A DNA stretch of 64,000 bases, from the NCBI RefSeq assembly GCF_022045235.1, contig NW_027266300.1, positions 1,364,001-1,428,000 on the forward strand. Direction: 5' to 3'. The DNA is from Haliotis cracherodii. Its lineage: Eukaryota. Both the position numbers and the translations under genes were made by a program. Under the pieces are notes generated by a model. It had not been told where the DNA came from, searched no databases, and saw nothing but the letters and a program-made list of their open reading frames with translations. Numbering within the stretch: position 1 is the stretch's first letter; each line of letters begins with the position of its first letter. Shown one piece after another: positions 1-12,559 of the stretch.

Positions 1-852
1 ATATGAATATCTCTAACACTCCCCCTTGTCTGTCTAATGTAGATATGTGACGGGATCGGAATATGTTCTTCACACATGAATATCTTTAACACTCCCCTTG
101 TCTCCTTGATGTAAATCTGTGACGAGATCGGAATATGTTCTTCACACATGAATATCTCTAACGCTCCCCTTGTCTGTCTAATTTAGATCTGTGACGAGAT
201 CGGAGTATGTTCTTCACACATGAATATCTCTAACACTCCCCTTGTCTGTCTAATGTAGATATGTGACGAGATCGGAGTATGTTCTTCACACATGAATATC
301 TCTAACACTCCCCTTGTCTGTCTAATGTAGATATGTGACGAGATCGGAATATGTTCTTCACACATGAATATCTTTAACACCCCCCTTGTCTGTCTAATTT
401 AGATCTATGACAAGATAGGAATATGTTCTTCACACATGAATATCTCTAACACTCCCCTTGTCTCCCTGATGCAGATCTGTGACGAGATCGGAATATTTTC
501 TATACACATGAATATATCTAACACTCCCCTTGTCTCCTTGATGTAGATCTGTGACGAGATCGGAATATGTTCTTCACACATGAATATATCTAACACTCCC
601 CTTGTCTCCCTGATGCAGATCTGTGACGAGATCGGAATATTTTCTATACACATGAATATATCTAACACTCCCCTTGTCTCCTTGATGTAGATCTGTGACG
701 AGATCGGAATATGTCCTTCACACATGAATGTATCTAACACTCCCCTTGTCTCCCTGATGCAGATCTGTGACGAGATCGGGGTATGTTCTTCACACATGAA
801 TATCTTTAACACTCCCCTTGTCTCCCTGATGTAGATCTGTGAGAAGATCCAG
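1..852. repeat. 72-bp tandem repeat (~11-12 units, runs off the window start) inside a chitinase intron; each unit contains a copy of the splice acceptor
   Basis: Unit ATATGTTCTTCACACATGAATATCTCTAACACTCCCCTTGTCTCCCTGATGTAGATCTGTGACGAGATCGGA recurs every 72 nt (61, 133, 205...); the last unit runs into the exon at 835. Confidence 0.95.
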
Positions 853-957
853 CACGAAAATTGGAAGGTGGAGTGGATCATGGACCAGAGAGTGCCGTAC
901 GCTCACGGCAAGGGGGAATGGGTCGGCTTCGAGTCTCCTGACAGCATAGCACTGAAG
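835..957 (+). CDS. GH18 chitinase, internal exon (gene start is upstream of the window)
   Basis: tgtag|ATC...AAG|gtaatg; 123 nt, phase 0/0; ICEKIQHENWKVEWIMDQRVPYAHGKGEWVGFESPDSIALK matches the GH18 EIC...VPYA...WVG(Y/F)D..S...K segment. Confidence 0.93.
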
Positions 958-1649
958 GTAATGTACCCAACCTCATGATGACTTATTCCAAATCTACCAG
1001 GTACTTTGTATACGATACATGACATGGCCAGTTACGTTAATGCATCAGTCAAACAATAAATCCGTCATCTGTTACACATAAGTACAATATGAGTGCAAAA
1101 CCAGTGGTCCTTGTGGGCTGCAGGTGGCGAAGTGGACTGTAACGTCGTATTTCGTTGAGTCCCTTAGATGCTAGGATCCGCCGGTTCAACAATTTGATCT
1201 GTCACTCCATGTCGTGCATCCTAGCATGACGACATGACAAATCCACCGTAGGTCGCGTTAAGTTTCATGTCAGCCATTGAATCGTCTACATTCTCGGTAC
1301 TAGGGAGAGCGAAGCATTCAATGCATCCTATCCAATGTTTATTTCTCAAAAATGGATATCAATGAGTAGTTCTGCATGCAAATAATAAAGACCATGCTGT
1401 TGTAATGATGGACATTTAATTCAAGCATTCGTATCCGAGGGCGTTGGCATTTCCATATAAAAGGGAGTACAATAACAGAGTATTTGTTTGCTGTTTTCGG
1501 TTTTCTTTTGTCGTGATTTGCGAATCGAGGTTAAAGCGAATCGATTTAGAAAGCTGATATGTGATCAACTCAAGTACTGATACATCTTTAATGTAGACTG
1601 GGCGGTCAAAATTCCTGTCAAGGGTTTGACAGATCTTCACGCAGAATGG

Positions 1650-1864
1650 GTTGTTTGTTTGTTTGTTTTAATGCCCAACCCAGCACTATTGCAGCTTTAT
1701 GACGGCGGTCTGTAAATAATCGAGTCTGGACCAGACAATCCAGTGGTTGATATCATGCGCATCGATCCACGCCATTGGGATACGATGACATGCATGAGCC
1801 AAGTCAGCGAGTCTGACCACCCGATCGCGTTAGTCACTTATTCTTCCCCGGATCTTCACGGGTC
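1650..1864 (-). mobile_element. SINE family A (GACCCGTGAAGATCCGGGG head, (AAAC)n tail)
   Basis: Homologous copies or fragments at 7720-7980, 12440-12545, 23440-23600 (-) and ~62850-63072 (+). Confidence 0.8.
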
Positions 1865-3038
1865 TCACGGAGACAGGTATCGTACCGAAGTAAAAGACCT
1901 GATTCAAATATGATTTCAGCGTCCACGACCTGCGCCTGCTTGGAGTTGCCTAACTGACATGTTATTGAAAGCGGTGTTTAACCTCCATCACTCACGAACA
2001 TTATGGCACTGTTTCTATGGCCGTCCTGAGTAATGTTTGTTCAAAAGTGTGTTGTGAGTGTCTGTAACGTGACAGCAATTACCACAAGTGTGTGAAACGG
2101 AATTGGATGATCCCTTACAAAGTCTAAAAAGTCTTCTTAAAACCAAAGTTTACTAAGTCATAAGAAGTTGGCCAAAGAAATGGTGCGGAAACCCAGAAGG
2201 GATAAGACTGAAGCTGACAGCAAACACGCACTTGTTGCAATGTTCACAGAAGACAGGCGTGAGATAGAAATGAAGCCCCCAGTCCTTGAAGGACGGAAGC
2301 TTTTTAATATTTTAATCCCGGAACATGTGCTGGTCATCCGTCAGTCAGAACCCACGTGGCAGAGTGTGGTTTAGGTGTCGAACATCTGCGAAACCCTCCA
2401 CACACAGTCCAGTCTATGATCGCCTTGGTGTTATTTGTTTAGCTCATGGTCCCCCCATGTCCAGTGTCGCCACTGGAAGACTGGCTGTTCGTCACCAAAA
2501 CACATTTAGAGGCGGGATTACTGGCAACCAGGGCCAGCGAGTACATGCATGCCTGAGTGTGAGGGGAAGTGGTTATGTAATAATGATGACGAATGGTAAA
2601 TCTGCACACACTACATATCTGCATAGGTCGCCACACTGTGTTAAATCCATTGCCTTGTCTGGTGGCATGGCAGCCGTTATCATTGCATCGTGATGCGTTT
2701 TTTTCTTGTTATGTCGACATTTTAAACCTGTATTCTTCTTTTGAAACTTAGTGAAATATGAACACTTTGATGCAGGTTTAAGTTGTTAACAAGATGTAGG
2801 ACATAGTTTGACACAAGGAAGAAAGTTTAAAATTAAAAACATTCTGATCCCATGAACAAAAACGTATTTAACTTACTTATACCCATGGACATTTAATGCC
2901 ACAAACAATGGGTTACACTGAATTGAAATCTTTCTTTTTACAGTTAAAAATTCTTAAATGGTGATCAGGTAGCATTATCATTGAGGTGTTAACAGATATA
3001 AGAAACTAAATGCTCACTTTACATGCATTTTACAAGTA

Positions 3039-3440
3039 TTGACAGTCAGGAGTAAGGTGACAGTCAGGAGTAAGGTGACAGTCAAGAGTAAGGTGACAGT
3101 CAGGAGTAAGGTGACAGTCAAGAGTAAGGTGACAGTCAAGAGTAAGGTGACAGTCAAGAGTAAGGTGACAGTCAAGAGTAAGGTGACAGTCAGGAGTAAG
3201 GTGACAGTCAGGAGTAAGGTGACAGTCAGGAGTAAGGTGACAGTCAAGAGTAAGGTGACAGTCAAGAGTAAGGTGACAGTCAGGAGTAAGGTGACAGTCA
3301 GGAGTAAGGTGACAGTCAGGAGTAAGGTGACAGTCAAGAGTAAGGTGACAGTCAGGAGTAAGGTGACAGTCAGGAGTAAGGTGACAGTCAGGAGTAAGGT
3401 GACAGTCAGGAGTAAGGTGACAGTCAGGAGTAAGGTGACA
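3039..3440. repeat. 18-bp minisatellite GTGACAGTCA(G/A)GAGTAAG, ~22 units, intronic
   Basis: Near-perfect tandem copies. Confidence 0.97.
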
Positions 3441-3780
3441 TTCCTTTGAACTTTGGGATGTTTCATTGTTTCGTCAATGCAATCAGTTTGAATTCTTCTT
3501 CCACACATCAATGTTTGTGTCCGTCAAGAGGAATGTTTGTTCTCGGAACGTGAATCCCTGTACACGTTCACCTGATAAGGTCAAGTCGCGGCGGAGTTGC
3601 CCTACCGTTGTATTAGATGCAGTGGGTTGGGTGTTTGGTGTGACAAGGAAACTCTGAAAGTGGGAGATGTCATACTTTCTACAGAACATGTACGTAACAA
3701 AGGTCAAACAATTCACATGACCTTGTTCACATTGCTCAGTTATCCCATCATGACTTGAAATGACGCTTTGGATCACCTCC

Positions 3781-3918
3781 GGGGGCTATTGAATAGAGCG
3801 TTTGGCTGGAGAGTAGAAGGTCGGCGGTTCGATCCCTGGCCGCGTCATATCAAGAGACGTTAAAAGATGGTACCTGTTGTTACGCTGCCTTTAAACCCCA
3901 TTTTACCTCACCTCACCT
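3781..3918 (+). mobile_element. Internally deleted tRNA-derived SINE, family B
   Basis: GGTTCGATCC B box and GTCATATCAAGAGACGTTAAAAGATGGTAC shared with 11168-11503; (CACCT)n tail. Confidence 0.65.
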
Positions 3919-3946
3919 AATCTAATGCCACTTTGTTTATTCATAG

Positions 3947-4133
3947 GCGAAGAATATCATCAAGCGCGGTCTTGCTGGTGCCTTCGTGTGGTCAGTGGAG
4001 ATGGACGACTTCAGCGGCCACTGCGGTGGTGCTAAGTACCCACTACTCCGTACCATTCACGACATCCTCCTGACCGAGCACGGCACCAAGGTGACCAGTG
4101 TTGCTGGACACACGGACAAACAACCCGACCCTG
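3947..4133 (+). CDS. GH18 chitinase exon: end of catalytic domain plus linker
   Basis: tcatag|GCG...CCTG|gtgag; AKNIIKRGLAGAFVWSVEMDDFSGHCGGAKYPLLRTIHDIL matches the GLGGxxxWxxDxDDF..C...YPLL motif; in frame with the previous exon. Confidence 0.93.
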
Positions 4134-4418
4134 GTGAGACTTTGTATGTGTAACCTTTTTGATTGCTTGTATAATCAGTATTGTTTTATCCTGTTTAACT
4201 AAATTAGATATTAATACATTTTACGAGTTGAATCTTCTTCGTTTAATGATTTTTGTAAGAAATAGTCTGAAGCGAATACAACGAATAAAAGAAAGGTTTG
4301 CTTAAAAATACATTATTGTATTTGAAGACCCTGGCGAAAACAAAGATGCTGGACAAGAGATTGCTAATCATCTGGTAGTTTTACATAGATATAACGGTAT
4401 ATAACGTCATTCGTGTTT

Positions 4419-4643
4419 GGGGCACAGGTAGCACTGTCGTCTACGGTCCTACTACTTCAGAGTTGAGTCCCTAAGTCACCAGGAACTGCCGCTCGTCGGT
4501 TCGACTCCAACATTCGCCATGATTATGATCTTTGGTTTGTCAGAACTTAAAACCCCAGTCACGGGTAACAGCAAAGTCTGCGACGTGAGCCTTCACTTCA
4601 TGGGCCTGTGATGTAACTGAAAATCTGTTTAAAGCGGCGTTGA
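4419..4643 (+). mobile_element. Diverged SINE, family C
   Basis: GGGGCACAGGTAGCACTGTCGTCTA head and AAAGCGGCGTT tail resemble the 13300-13595 element. Confidence 0.5.
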
Positions 4644-4857
4644 GCGTGGCTCAGATCATCACTTATAATTGTCAATGTCATATAAACTGCCTTGTGTTTG
4701 TATACGTCTTATATGCTTTTATATACGTCTTAGGTCGGCGAATTAGCACATTTACAGTAAGACAATCTTATAAGAGCTTGGTCATCAGTTGAGATGCCGC
4801 CACTGACACCTGGTATCTGTGTACTTATCGCGGGGCATTGATTCCATGTTGTGGCGG

Positions 4858-5250
4858 AGCGCTTCACCTTGATGTATATTGTGGTACAATGGTAGGGTCA
4901 GCGCTATACCTTGATGTATATCATGGTATAATGGTAGGGTAAGCATGCCGTGATGTATATCGTTGTACAATTGTAGGGTAAGCGCTATACCTTGATGTAT
5001 ATTGTTGAATACTGGTAGGGTCAGCGCTTCACCTTGATGTATATTTTGGTATAATGGTAGGGTCAGCGTTACACCTTGATGTATATCATGGTTTAATGGT
5101 AGGGTCAGCGCTTCACCTTGATGTATATCGTGGTACAATGGTAGGGTCAGCGCTATACCTTGATGTATATTGTTGAATACTGGTAGGGTCAGCGCTTCAC
5201 CTTGATGTATATTTTGGTATAATGGTAGGGTCAGCGCTACACCTTTATGT
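4858..5250. repeat. 42-bp minisatellite, intronic, with degenerate continuation to ~5430
   Basis: Unit TTGATGTATATTGTGGTACAATGGTAGGGTCAGCGCTATACC; explains the 14-aa periodic ORF 4785-5138. Confidence 0.9.
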
Positions 5251-6018
5251 ATATAGCAGTATAATAGTAGGGACAGCGATAAGCCTTATAAATACAACAA
5301 TATGTTGTTAGGGACAGCGATAAGGCTTTATAAATGACGCGGTATGATGTGAGGGACAGCGGTACGCCTGTGTATAACGGTATAATGGTCACATCAAAGT
5401 GACAGTGATGCGGCTGTATGATCAGCGCTATTCCCAACTATAACAGCAGATGACCGAAGGCACTGAGGTTTAATATTACTTGGCGTTCAGGTGTTATATT
5501 GGAAATATAATGGTATCCACATAAGCAACGGATGCATGGAATCGGTTTATAGTTTACCTAGGAAACATGAGGTGGTTGTGGTGGTGACACGGCATGCATC
5601 CAACGGCTAGGGGTATCTCGGCGACATAACGTGGTGCTCGTCTGTGGTAGGTGGTCTGCCATATGTCGGTAAGCAGTCGCGGGAGGTGTTTAACACAGCG
5701 TATACCTGTCAATCATACTTATATTTTGATATTTTCTATCGCTCTACGTTTTTATTAACGGTGTTCTCAATATGTCTCTTTCACTTACTCGTAAGAACTA
5801 AGTCATTCCTAGAACGTTGATATCCAGCGTTTGTTCACTGATTGGCTTACCCGTATGCATGTATCTTCATTTACAATTCACATTTCGATCTATACTCTAT
5901 TGTTTTTTTCAACTTCAATATTGACAATGAATATACTATGAATAGAAGTGCACATTGCAGAGTGAGAACACCTCTGAAGGTCCTTATCTGGTACTTTAAC
6001 ATCTTGTATATTCTCCAG

Positions 6019-6203
6019 GCAACATTGACTGCAACAAAGTCGGCCTCGGCATCTACAAAGACGACGCATCCTGCCTCCACTTCAACCTGTGTGTTCCTGC
6101 CGACCCCAAAGGCTTGAGGGCACTCAAGATGGTGTGCCCCAAGGGCACCAAATTCGATGACGAACTCAAAATCTGCAACCACGCCAGCAAGATTGACTGT
6201 TAG
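6019..6203 (+). CDS. GH18 chitinase terminal exon: CBM14 (peritrophin-A type) chitin-binding domain
   Basis: ttctccag|GC phase 1 matches the previous donor; GNIDCNKVGLGIYKDDASCLHFNLCVPADPKGLRALKMVCPKGTKFDDELKICNHASKIDC* has six Cys and CPxGTxF; TAG at 6201-6203. Confidence 0.92.
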
Positions 6204-7533
6204 CCTAGGACAAAAAACGGCCCCTCATATCACATCATCTCCTGATACCCATGTCTCATCTGTGTTTGTCATTGTAAATATTCCTGCTCACCAAAGTATG
6301 TATTGTGATGCTGTCCACCATATCGAAATGCTTCCATTCCAGCATGACCGCTCATCTCCCATTAATTCACAAATGGCCATCCTAAGAGACGTTAATGATC
6401 TTCGTCAGTTTCACATGCTGCCTGTGATGTTAAAACCGCCTTTGACGAACTTTCACATATTTTGAAGGAAACACTCAACGTTAACAGAACATTTCAAACA
6501 AAAGAACACACATAATTCCAATTAACTGTGTATGTGTAAAATATCACTTATGTCATACAAATTATAGGTCACTTCAAGTTGAATTGATATCCAAACTTTG
6601 CAAAATGAATTGTAACCAAGATGGTTTACGTTAGCGAACATTCCCAGTACGAAGGTCGTTAATGCTTCTCCAGGAGACCATGATTTCCTCACTCAGTCAT
6701 AATATAGATCCGTGTCAGCTGGAGTGGGAGCCACGCCGATGTACGAGATGAAGCAGAGGGGTGCAGGGATCCCCACGTAGAGGATTGGTAGTAGACGGTA
6801 GACGATTTACTTCAGGACCTAATGCATGAACAAAATCCCAGGGCGTTTAGTAAAGAAACTGGTACTGTAGAAACTTATTTCGATAGCTCTCTATGTGAAT
6901 TCTGTAAATGTTAAATATGTATTCACGCCCAGAAGCCGTGCACTATGCAGAGCTGCTTTAGTGTGATAGGTTACAGTTAATCTTGAGGCCCAAAACTTCA
7001 ACAGTTGCATCTTTTCAGCCGACCACCGTCTGGCGATAGATTCAAAATCTCCGTCTCATATACATTTCATTCAACACGACTCTCGACACCCACATTTCAT
7101 GGCATCATTAGACACTGTATGCCTTCGTCTTATATAAGTTATAATATATTACTCCAAAGTCTCATGATCTCTTTGAAATATACCAGGATGCTGTGGAATG
7201 TATGGCTCCTTTAAATGACACAAGGCAATTGCTAGACTCTTCACGTAGCTTATGTATAATACACACGTACTCAGCTTACCCAGGACATGTACATTCACCC
7301 AAGCTTTCGCACCTGCCCCAGCGCCAGAACTATCGCTCTGAATACTGTGTATTGATCATCGCACGCACGATTGGTTAGATGTGTATATACTTGACACTGA
7401 CATCAAACACTGATATTCTGTAATTCCGTGGAGAACATGATCGTCAATGTACGCGTGTGACGAGACCCGACTGAAGTAGGGTTGTCTGACCTCTTGTGAC
7501 GTATAACGGCTTTCAACCTGTATCATAGTTATG

Positions 7534-7539
7534 AATAAA
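7534..7539 (+). promoter_or_regulatory. Probable chitinase polyadenylation signal
   Basis: AATAAA followed by a GT/T-rich tract, ~1.3 kb after the stop and just before the satellite. Confidence 0.5.
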
Positions 7540-7719
7540 ATGTGTTTTTGTGATGTTTCTATCTTGTTGTCAAGATCGGGGGCGCCAGTGGCGTGAAGCT
7601 GGAGAATAGGATGGAAGGGGGTTGGGTCAAGATGGTCAGATGTTCGTCAGTGATGTACACCGTGCATAGGTGATGTCCTGTAATGGATGTCTTCTGTGAT
7701 AGGGTAATCCTCTGTTATA

Positions 7720-7980
7720 TTGTTTGTTTGTTGTTTAACGGCGCACTCAGCAATATTCCAGCTATATGACGGTGGCGTGTCAATAATCGAGTCTGAACCA
7801 GACAATCCAGCGATTTATATCCTGAACGTCGATCTACGTAATTGGGATTCGGTGGCACGCATCAACCAAGTCAGCGACCCTGACCACCCGATCACGTTAG
7901 TCGCCTTCTACGGCATGGAAAGTCGCCTTTCACGGCAAGCATGGGTTGCTGAAGACATTCACTAACCTTCTAACTCTTCA
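7720..7980 (-). mobile_element. SINE family A
   Basis: Homologous to 1650-1864; GCAATATTCCAGCTATATGACGG tail segment. Confidence 0.8.
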
Positions 7981-8057
7981 AGAGAAATCTACATAATTTG
8001 TACATGCATAAAGTAGTTTGATAAACACAACCGTGTGTCATCAAAGTTGATATACAG

Positions 8058-8069
8058 TTGTGTGTGTGT

Positions 8070-8151
<82 letters not shown>
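8058..8151. repeat. (GT)n(TA)n microsatellite
   Basis: Seen directly. Confidence 0.95.
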
Positions 8152-8153
<2 letters not shown>

Positions 8154-8171
8154 AATTCTAATATTCTACCC

Positions 8172-11100
8172 CGGATAGGTGATCTCTTGCAGTAATAGAT
8201 GTTAACTGAGAGTGGGTGATCTCCTGCTGTAATGGATGTTTAATGAGGGTGGGTGATCTCCTGCTGTAATGGATGTTTACTAAGAGTGGGGGATCTCCTG
8301 CTGTGATAGATGTCTACAGAGAATGGGTGATCTCCTGCTGTAATAGATGTCAAATGAGAGTTGGTGACCTCCTGCTGTAATAGATGTCAAATGAGAGTGG
8401 GGTATCTCCTGCCGTAATAGATGTCTACAGAGTGGGTGATCTCCTGTAATAGATGTCTACTGAGGGTGGGTGATCTCCTGCTGTAATAGAAGTCAAATGA
8501 GAGTGGGTGATCTCCTGCTGTAGTAGATGTCTACCGTGAGTGAGTGATCTCCTGCCGTAATAGATGTCTACTGAGAGTGGGTGATCTCCTGCTTTAATAG
8601 ATGTCTACTGAGGGTGGGTGATCTCCTGCTGCAATAGATGTGTACTCAGAGTTGGTGATCTCCTGCTGTAATAGATGTCTACTGAGAGTGGGTGATCTCC
8701 TCCTGTAATAGATGTCTACTGAGAGTGGGTGATCTCCTCCTGTAATAGATGTCTTCTGAGAGTGGGTGATCTCCTGCAGTGATAGATGTCAAATGAGAGT
8801 GGGTGACCTCCTGCTGTAATAGATGTCAAATGAGAGTGGGGTATCTCCTGCCGTAATAGATGTCTACAGAGTGTGTGATCTCCTCCTGTAATAGATGTCT
8901 ACTGAGGGTGGGTGATCTCCTGCTGTAATAGAAGTCAAATGAGAGTGGGTGATCTCCTGCTGTAGTAGATGTCTACCGTGAGTGAGTGATCTCCTGCTGT
9001 AATAGATGTCTACTGAGAGTTGGTGATCTCCTGCTGTAATAGATGTCTACTGAGAGTGGGTGATCTCCTCCTGTAATAGATGTCTACTGAGAGTGGGTGA
9101 TCTCCTGCTGTAATAGATGTCAAATGAGTGTGGATGACCTCCTGCTGCTATAGATGTCAAATGAGAGTGGGGTATCTCCTGCCGTAATAGATGTCTACAG
9201 AGTGGGTGATCTCCTCCTGTAATAGATGTCTACTGAGGGTGGGTGATCTCCTGCTGTAATAGAAGTCAAATGAGAGTGGGTGATCTCCTGCTTTAATAGA
9301 TGTCTACTGAGGGTGGGTGATCTCCTGCTGCAATAGATGTGTACTCAGAGTTGGTGATCTCCTGCTGTAATAGATGTCTACTGAGAGTGGGTGATCTCCT
9401 CCTGTAATAGATGTCTACTGAGAGTGGGTGATCTCCTCCTGTAATAGATGTCTACTGAGAGTGGGTGATCTCCTCCTGTAATAGATGTCTTCTGAGAGTG
9501 GGGTATCTCCTGCCGTAATAGATGTCTACAGAGTGGGTGATCTCCTCCTGTAATAGATGTCTACTGAGGGTGGGTGATCTCCTGCTGTAATAGAAGTCAA
9601 ATGAGAGTGGGTGATCTCCTGCTTTAATAGATGTCTACTGAGGGTGGGTGATCTCCTGCTGCAATAGATGTGTACTGAGAGTGGGTGATCTCCTCCTGTA
9701 ATAGATGTCTACTGAGAGTGGGTGATCTCCTCCTGTAATAGATGTCTTCTGAGAGTGGGTGATCTCCTCCTGTAATAGATGTCTTCTGAGAGTGGGTGAT
9801 CTCCTGCTGTAATAGATGTCAAATGAGAGTGGGTGACCTCCTGCTGTAATAGATGTCAAATGAGAGTGGGGTATCTCCTGCCGTAATAGATGTCTACAGA
9901 GTGGGTGATCTCCTCCTGTAATAGATGTCTACTGAGAGTGGGTGATCTCCTCCTGTAATAGAAGTCAAATGAGAGTGGGTGATCTCCTGCTGTAGTAGAT
10001 GTCTACCGTGAGTGAGTGATCTCCTGCCGTAATAGATGTCTACTGAGAGTGGGTGATCTCCTGCTGTAATAGATGTCTTCTGAGAGTGGGTGATCTCCTG
10101 CTGTAATAGATGTCAAATGAGAGTTGGTGATCTCCTGCTGTAGTAGATGTCTACTGTGAGTGAGTGATCTCCTGCTGTTATAGATGTCTACTGAGAGTTG
10201 GTGATCTATTGCTGTAATAGATGTCTACTGATAGTGGGAAATCTCCTGCTGTAAAAGATGCCTACTGAGAGTGGGTGATCTCCTGCTGTAATATATGTCT
10301 ACTGAGAGTGGGTGATTTCCTGCTTTAATAGATGTCTACTGAGGGTGGGTAATCTCCTGCTGCAAAAGATGTCTACAGAGAGTGGGTAATCGCCTGCTGT
10401 AAAAGATGTCTGCTGAGAGTGGGTGATCTCCTGCTGTGATAGTTGTCTACTGAGAGTGGGTGATCTCCTGCTGTAACATATATGTACTGAGAGTGGGCGA
10501 TCTCCTCCTGTAATAGATGTCTACTGGGAGTGGGTGATCTCCTGCAGTGATAGATGTCTGCTGAGAGTTAGTGATCTCCTGCTGTAACATATGTCTACTG
10601 AGAGTGGGTGATCTCCTGCTGTAATAGATGTCTGCTGAGAGTGGGTGATCTCCTCCTGTAATAGATGTCTACTGAGAGTGGGAGATCTCCTGCAGTGATA
10701 GATGTCTGCTGAGAGTGAGTGATCTCCTGCTGTAATAGATGTCTACTGAGAGTGGGAGATCACCTGCTGTGATAGATGTCTACTGAGAGTGGGTGATCTC
10801 CTGCTGTAATAGATGTCTACTGAGAGTGGGTGATCTCCTGCTTTGATAGATGTCTACTGAAAGTGGGTGATCTTCTGTTGTCATAGATGTCTACTGAGAG
10901 TGGGTGATCTCCTGCTGTGATAGTTGTCTACTGAGATTGGGTGATCTCCTGCTGTAATAGATGTGTACTGAGAGTGGGTGATCTCTTCCTGTAATAGATG
11001 TCTACTGAGAGTGGGTGATCTCCTGCCGAAATAGATGTTTGCTGAGAGTTAAAGAATTCCTGCTGTAATGGATGTGTACTGAGAGTGAGTGATCGTCTGC

Positions 11101-12278
11101 TGTAATGGAGGTTCACCCGGGACTTTGTAGCTCATGTTAAAATGGATGGATTCCCAGAGTGGATCAAGACTGCCTTCGTGGTCTAATGGTAGAGCGTCCA
11201 CCTGGAGAGCGGAAGGTCCGGGGTTCGATCCCCGACCGCATCATACCAAAAGACGTTAAAAGATGGTACTTGTTAGTACCCTGTCTGGCGCTCGGCATTA
11301 AGGGGCTAAAACAAGGACTGGTAGGCTCGGAGTCAGTATACTGTGTCTGAATGGGGTATTCATGTTAAACTGCGGCATGGTATCTCAGTGAGCTAGCACT
11401 ATAAATCGGCATCAGTCCGGACTAGTACAAGCAGACACACACATACACGTGCATGCACATCGCTATATAAGTGCACGTTAAACCATATTTCACCTCACCT
11501 CACCCAGTGTGGACCAGTGGGGGACTTTGGAGCGACCACGTGATCAGTCATAAACGTCGTCTCAGCGGTAACGGGTCTATTTTAAGTCCGCTTCAATAAA
11601 TCTTGTTGAAATTGGGCTAATGTTGAAGTTTATGTCTGGTGAAGATATCGACGGAATCAGAACGAATTCCAGTTGGAATTCAGGGGGCGTTATTTGTATG
11701 TAAATATATACACAATATATAGATGTCTACTGAGAGTGAGTGATCTCCTGCTGTAACATATGTCTACTGAGAGTGCGTGATCTCCTGCTGTAACCTATGT
11801 CTACTGAGAGTGGGTGATCTCCTGCTGTAAAATATGTCTACTGAGAGTGGGTGATCTCCTGCTGTAACATATGTCTACTGAGAGTGAGTGATCTCCTGCT
11901 GTAACCTATGTCTACTGAGAGTGGGTGATCTCCTGCTGTAACCTATGTCTACTGAGAGTGGGTGATCTCCTGCTGTAACCTATGTCTACTGAGAGTGAGT
12001 GATCTCCTGCTGTAACCTATGTCTACTGAGAGTGAGTGATCTCCTGCTGTAACCTATGTCTACTTAGAGTGGGTGATCTCCTGCTGTAACCTATGTCTAC
12101 TGAGAGTGGGTGATCTCCTGCTGTAACATATGTCTACTGAGAGTGGGTGATCTCCTGCTGTAACATATGTCTACTGAGAGTGGGTGATCTCCTGCTGTAA
12201 TAGTTGTCTACTGAGAGTGAGTGATCTCCTGCTGTATCATATGTCTACTGAGAGTGGATGATCTCCTGCTGTAATAGA
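8172..12278. repeat. 37-bp satellite array (GAGAGTGGGTGATCTCCTGCTGTAATAGATGTCTACT), interrupted at ~11110-11720
   Basis: Period 37 nt; the distal block 11720-12278 is a homogeneous TAAC(C/A)TAT variant; degenerate units already appear at ~7665-7715. Confidence 0.97.
11168..11503 (+). mobile_element. Full-length tRNA-derived SINE, family B (V-domain-like core)
   Basis: A box GTGGTCTAATGG, B box GGTTCGATCCC, core CATACCAAAAGACGTTAAAAGATGGTAC...GCATTAAGGG, (CACCT)n tail, imperfect TSD CCCAGAGTGGATCA/CCCAGTGTGGACCA; second copy at 36196-36512 (-). Confidence 0.85.
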
Positions 12279-12559
12279 TAACAAAAGTTTGTTATTGTGT
12301 CCTTCAGTAAAAATGCGAATAACCAACAGAGACCAAAAGCGGACAAACATTGCGAAAACCAATTCATTATTTTATGGCCCTTATTAGCTGTTGGACTATC
12401 ACGTTCCGGTTCACGGCACTACTCTATAATTAATCCAACTCTAACTATATGATGCGCATCGATCCACGCAATTAGGAGGGATACGATGCCATGCATCAAC
12501 CAAGTCAGCGAGCCTGACCACCCGATCCCGTTAGTCACCTCTTACATAAACACCACCGT

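Noticed and set aside
183-881. Repetitive ORFs on the minus strand (65 and 158 aa)
   Set aside because: Translations of the 72-bp repeat, antisense to the chitinase intron
3014-3511. (VTLLLT)n and (VTVRSK)n ORFs
   Set aside because: Artefacts of an 18-bp intronic minisatellite
5842-6182. ORF-track ORFs 5842-6117 (+) and 5871-6182 (-)
   Set aside because: Shadow frames of the true CBM14 exon 6019-6203
11168-11245. tRNA genes here and at ~13490-13595, ~40065-40140 and ~52085-52156
   Set aside because: tRNA-like heads continue into SINE bodies and microsatellite tails, several with TSDs
8172-12278. CRISPR-like periodic 37-bp repeat
   Set aside because: Head-to-tail units with no unique spacers, no cas genes, eukaryotic context
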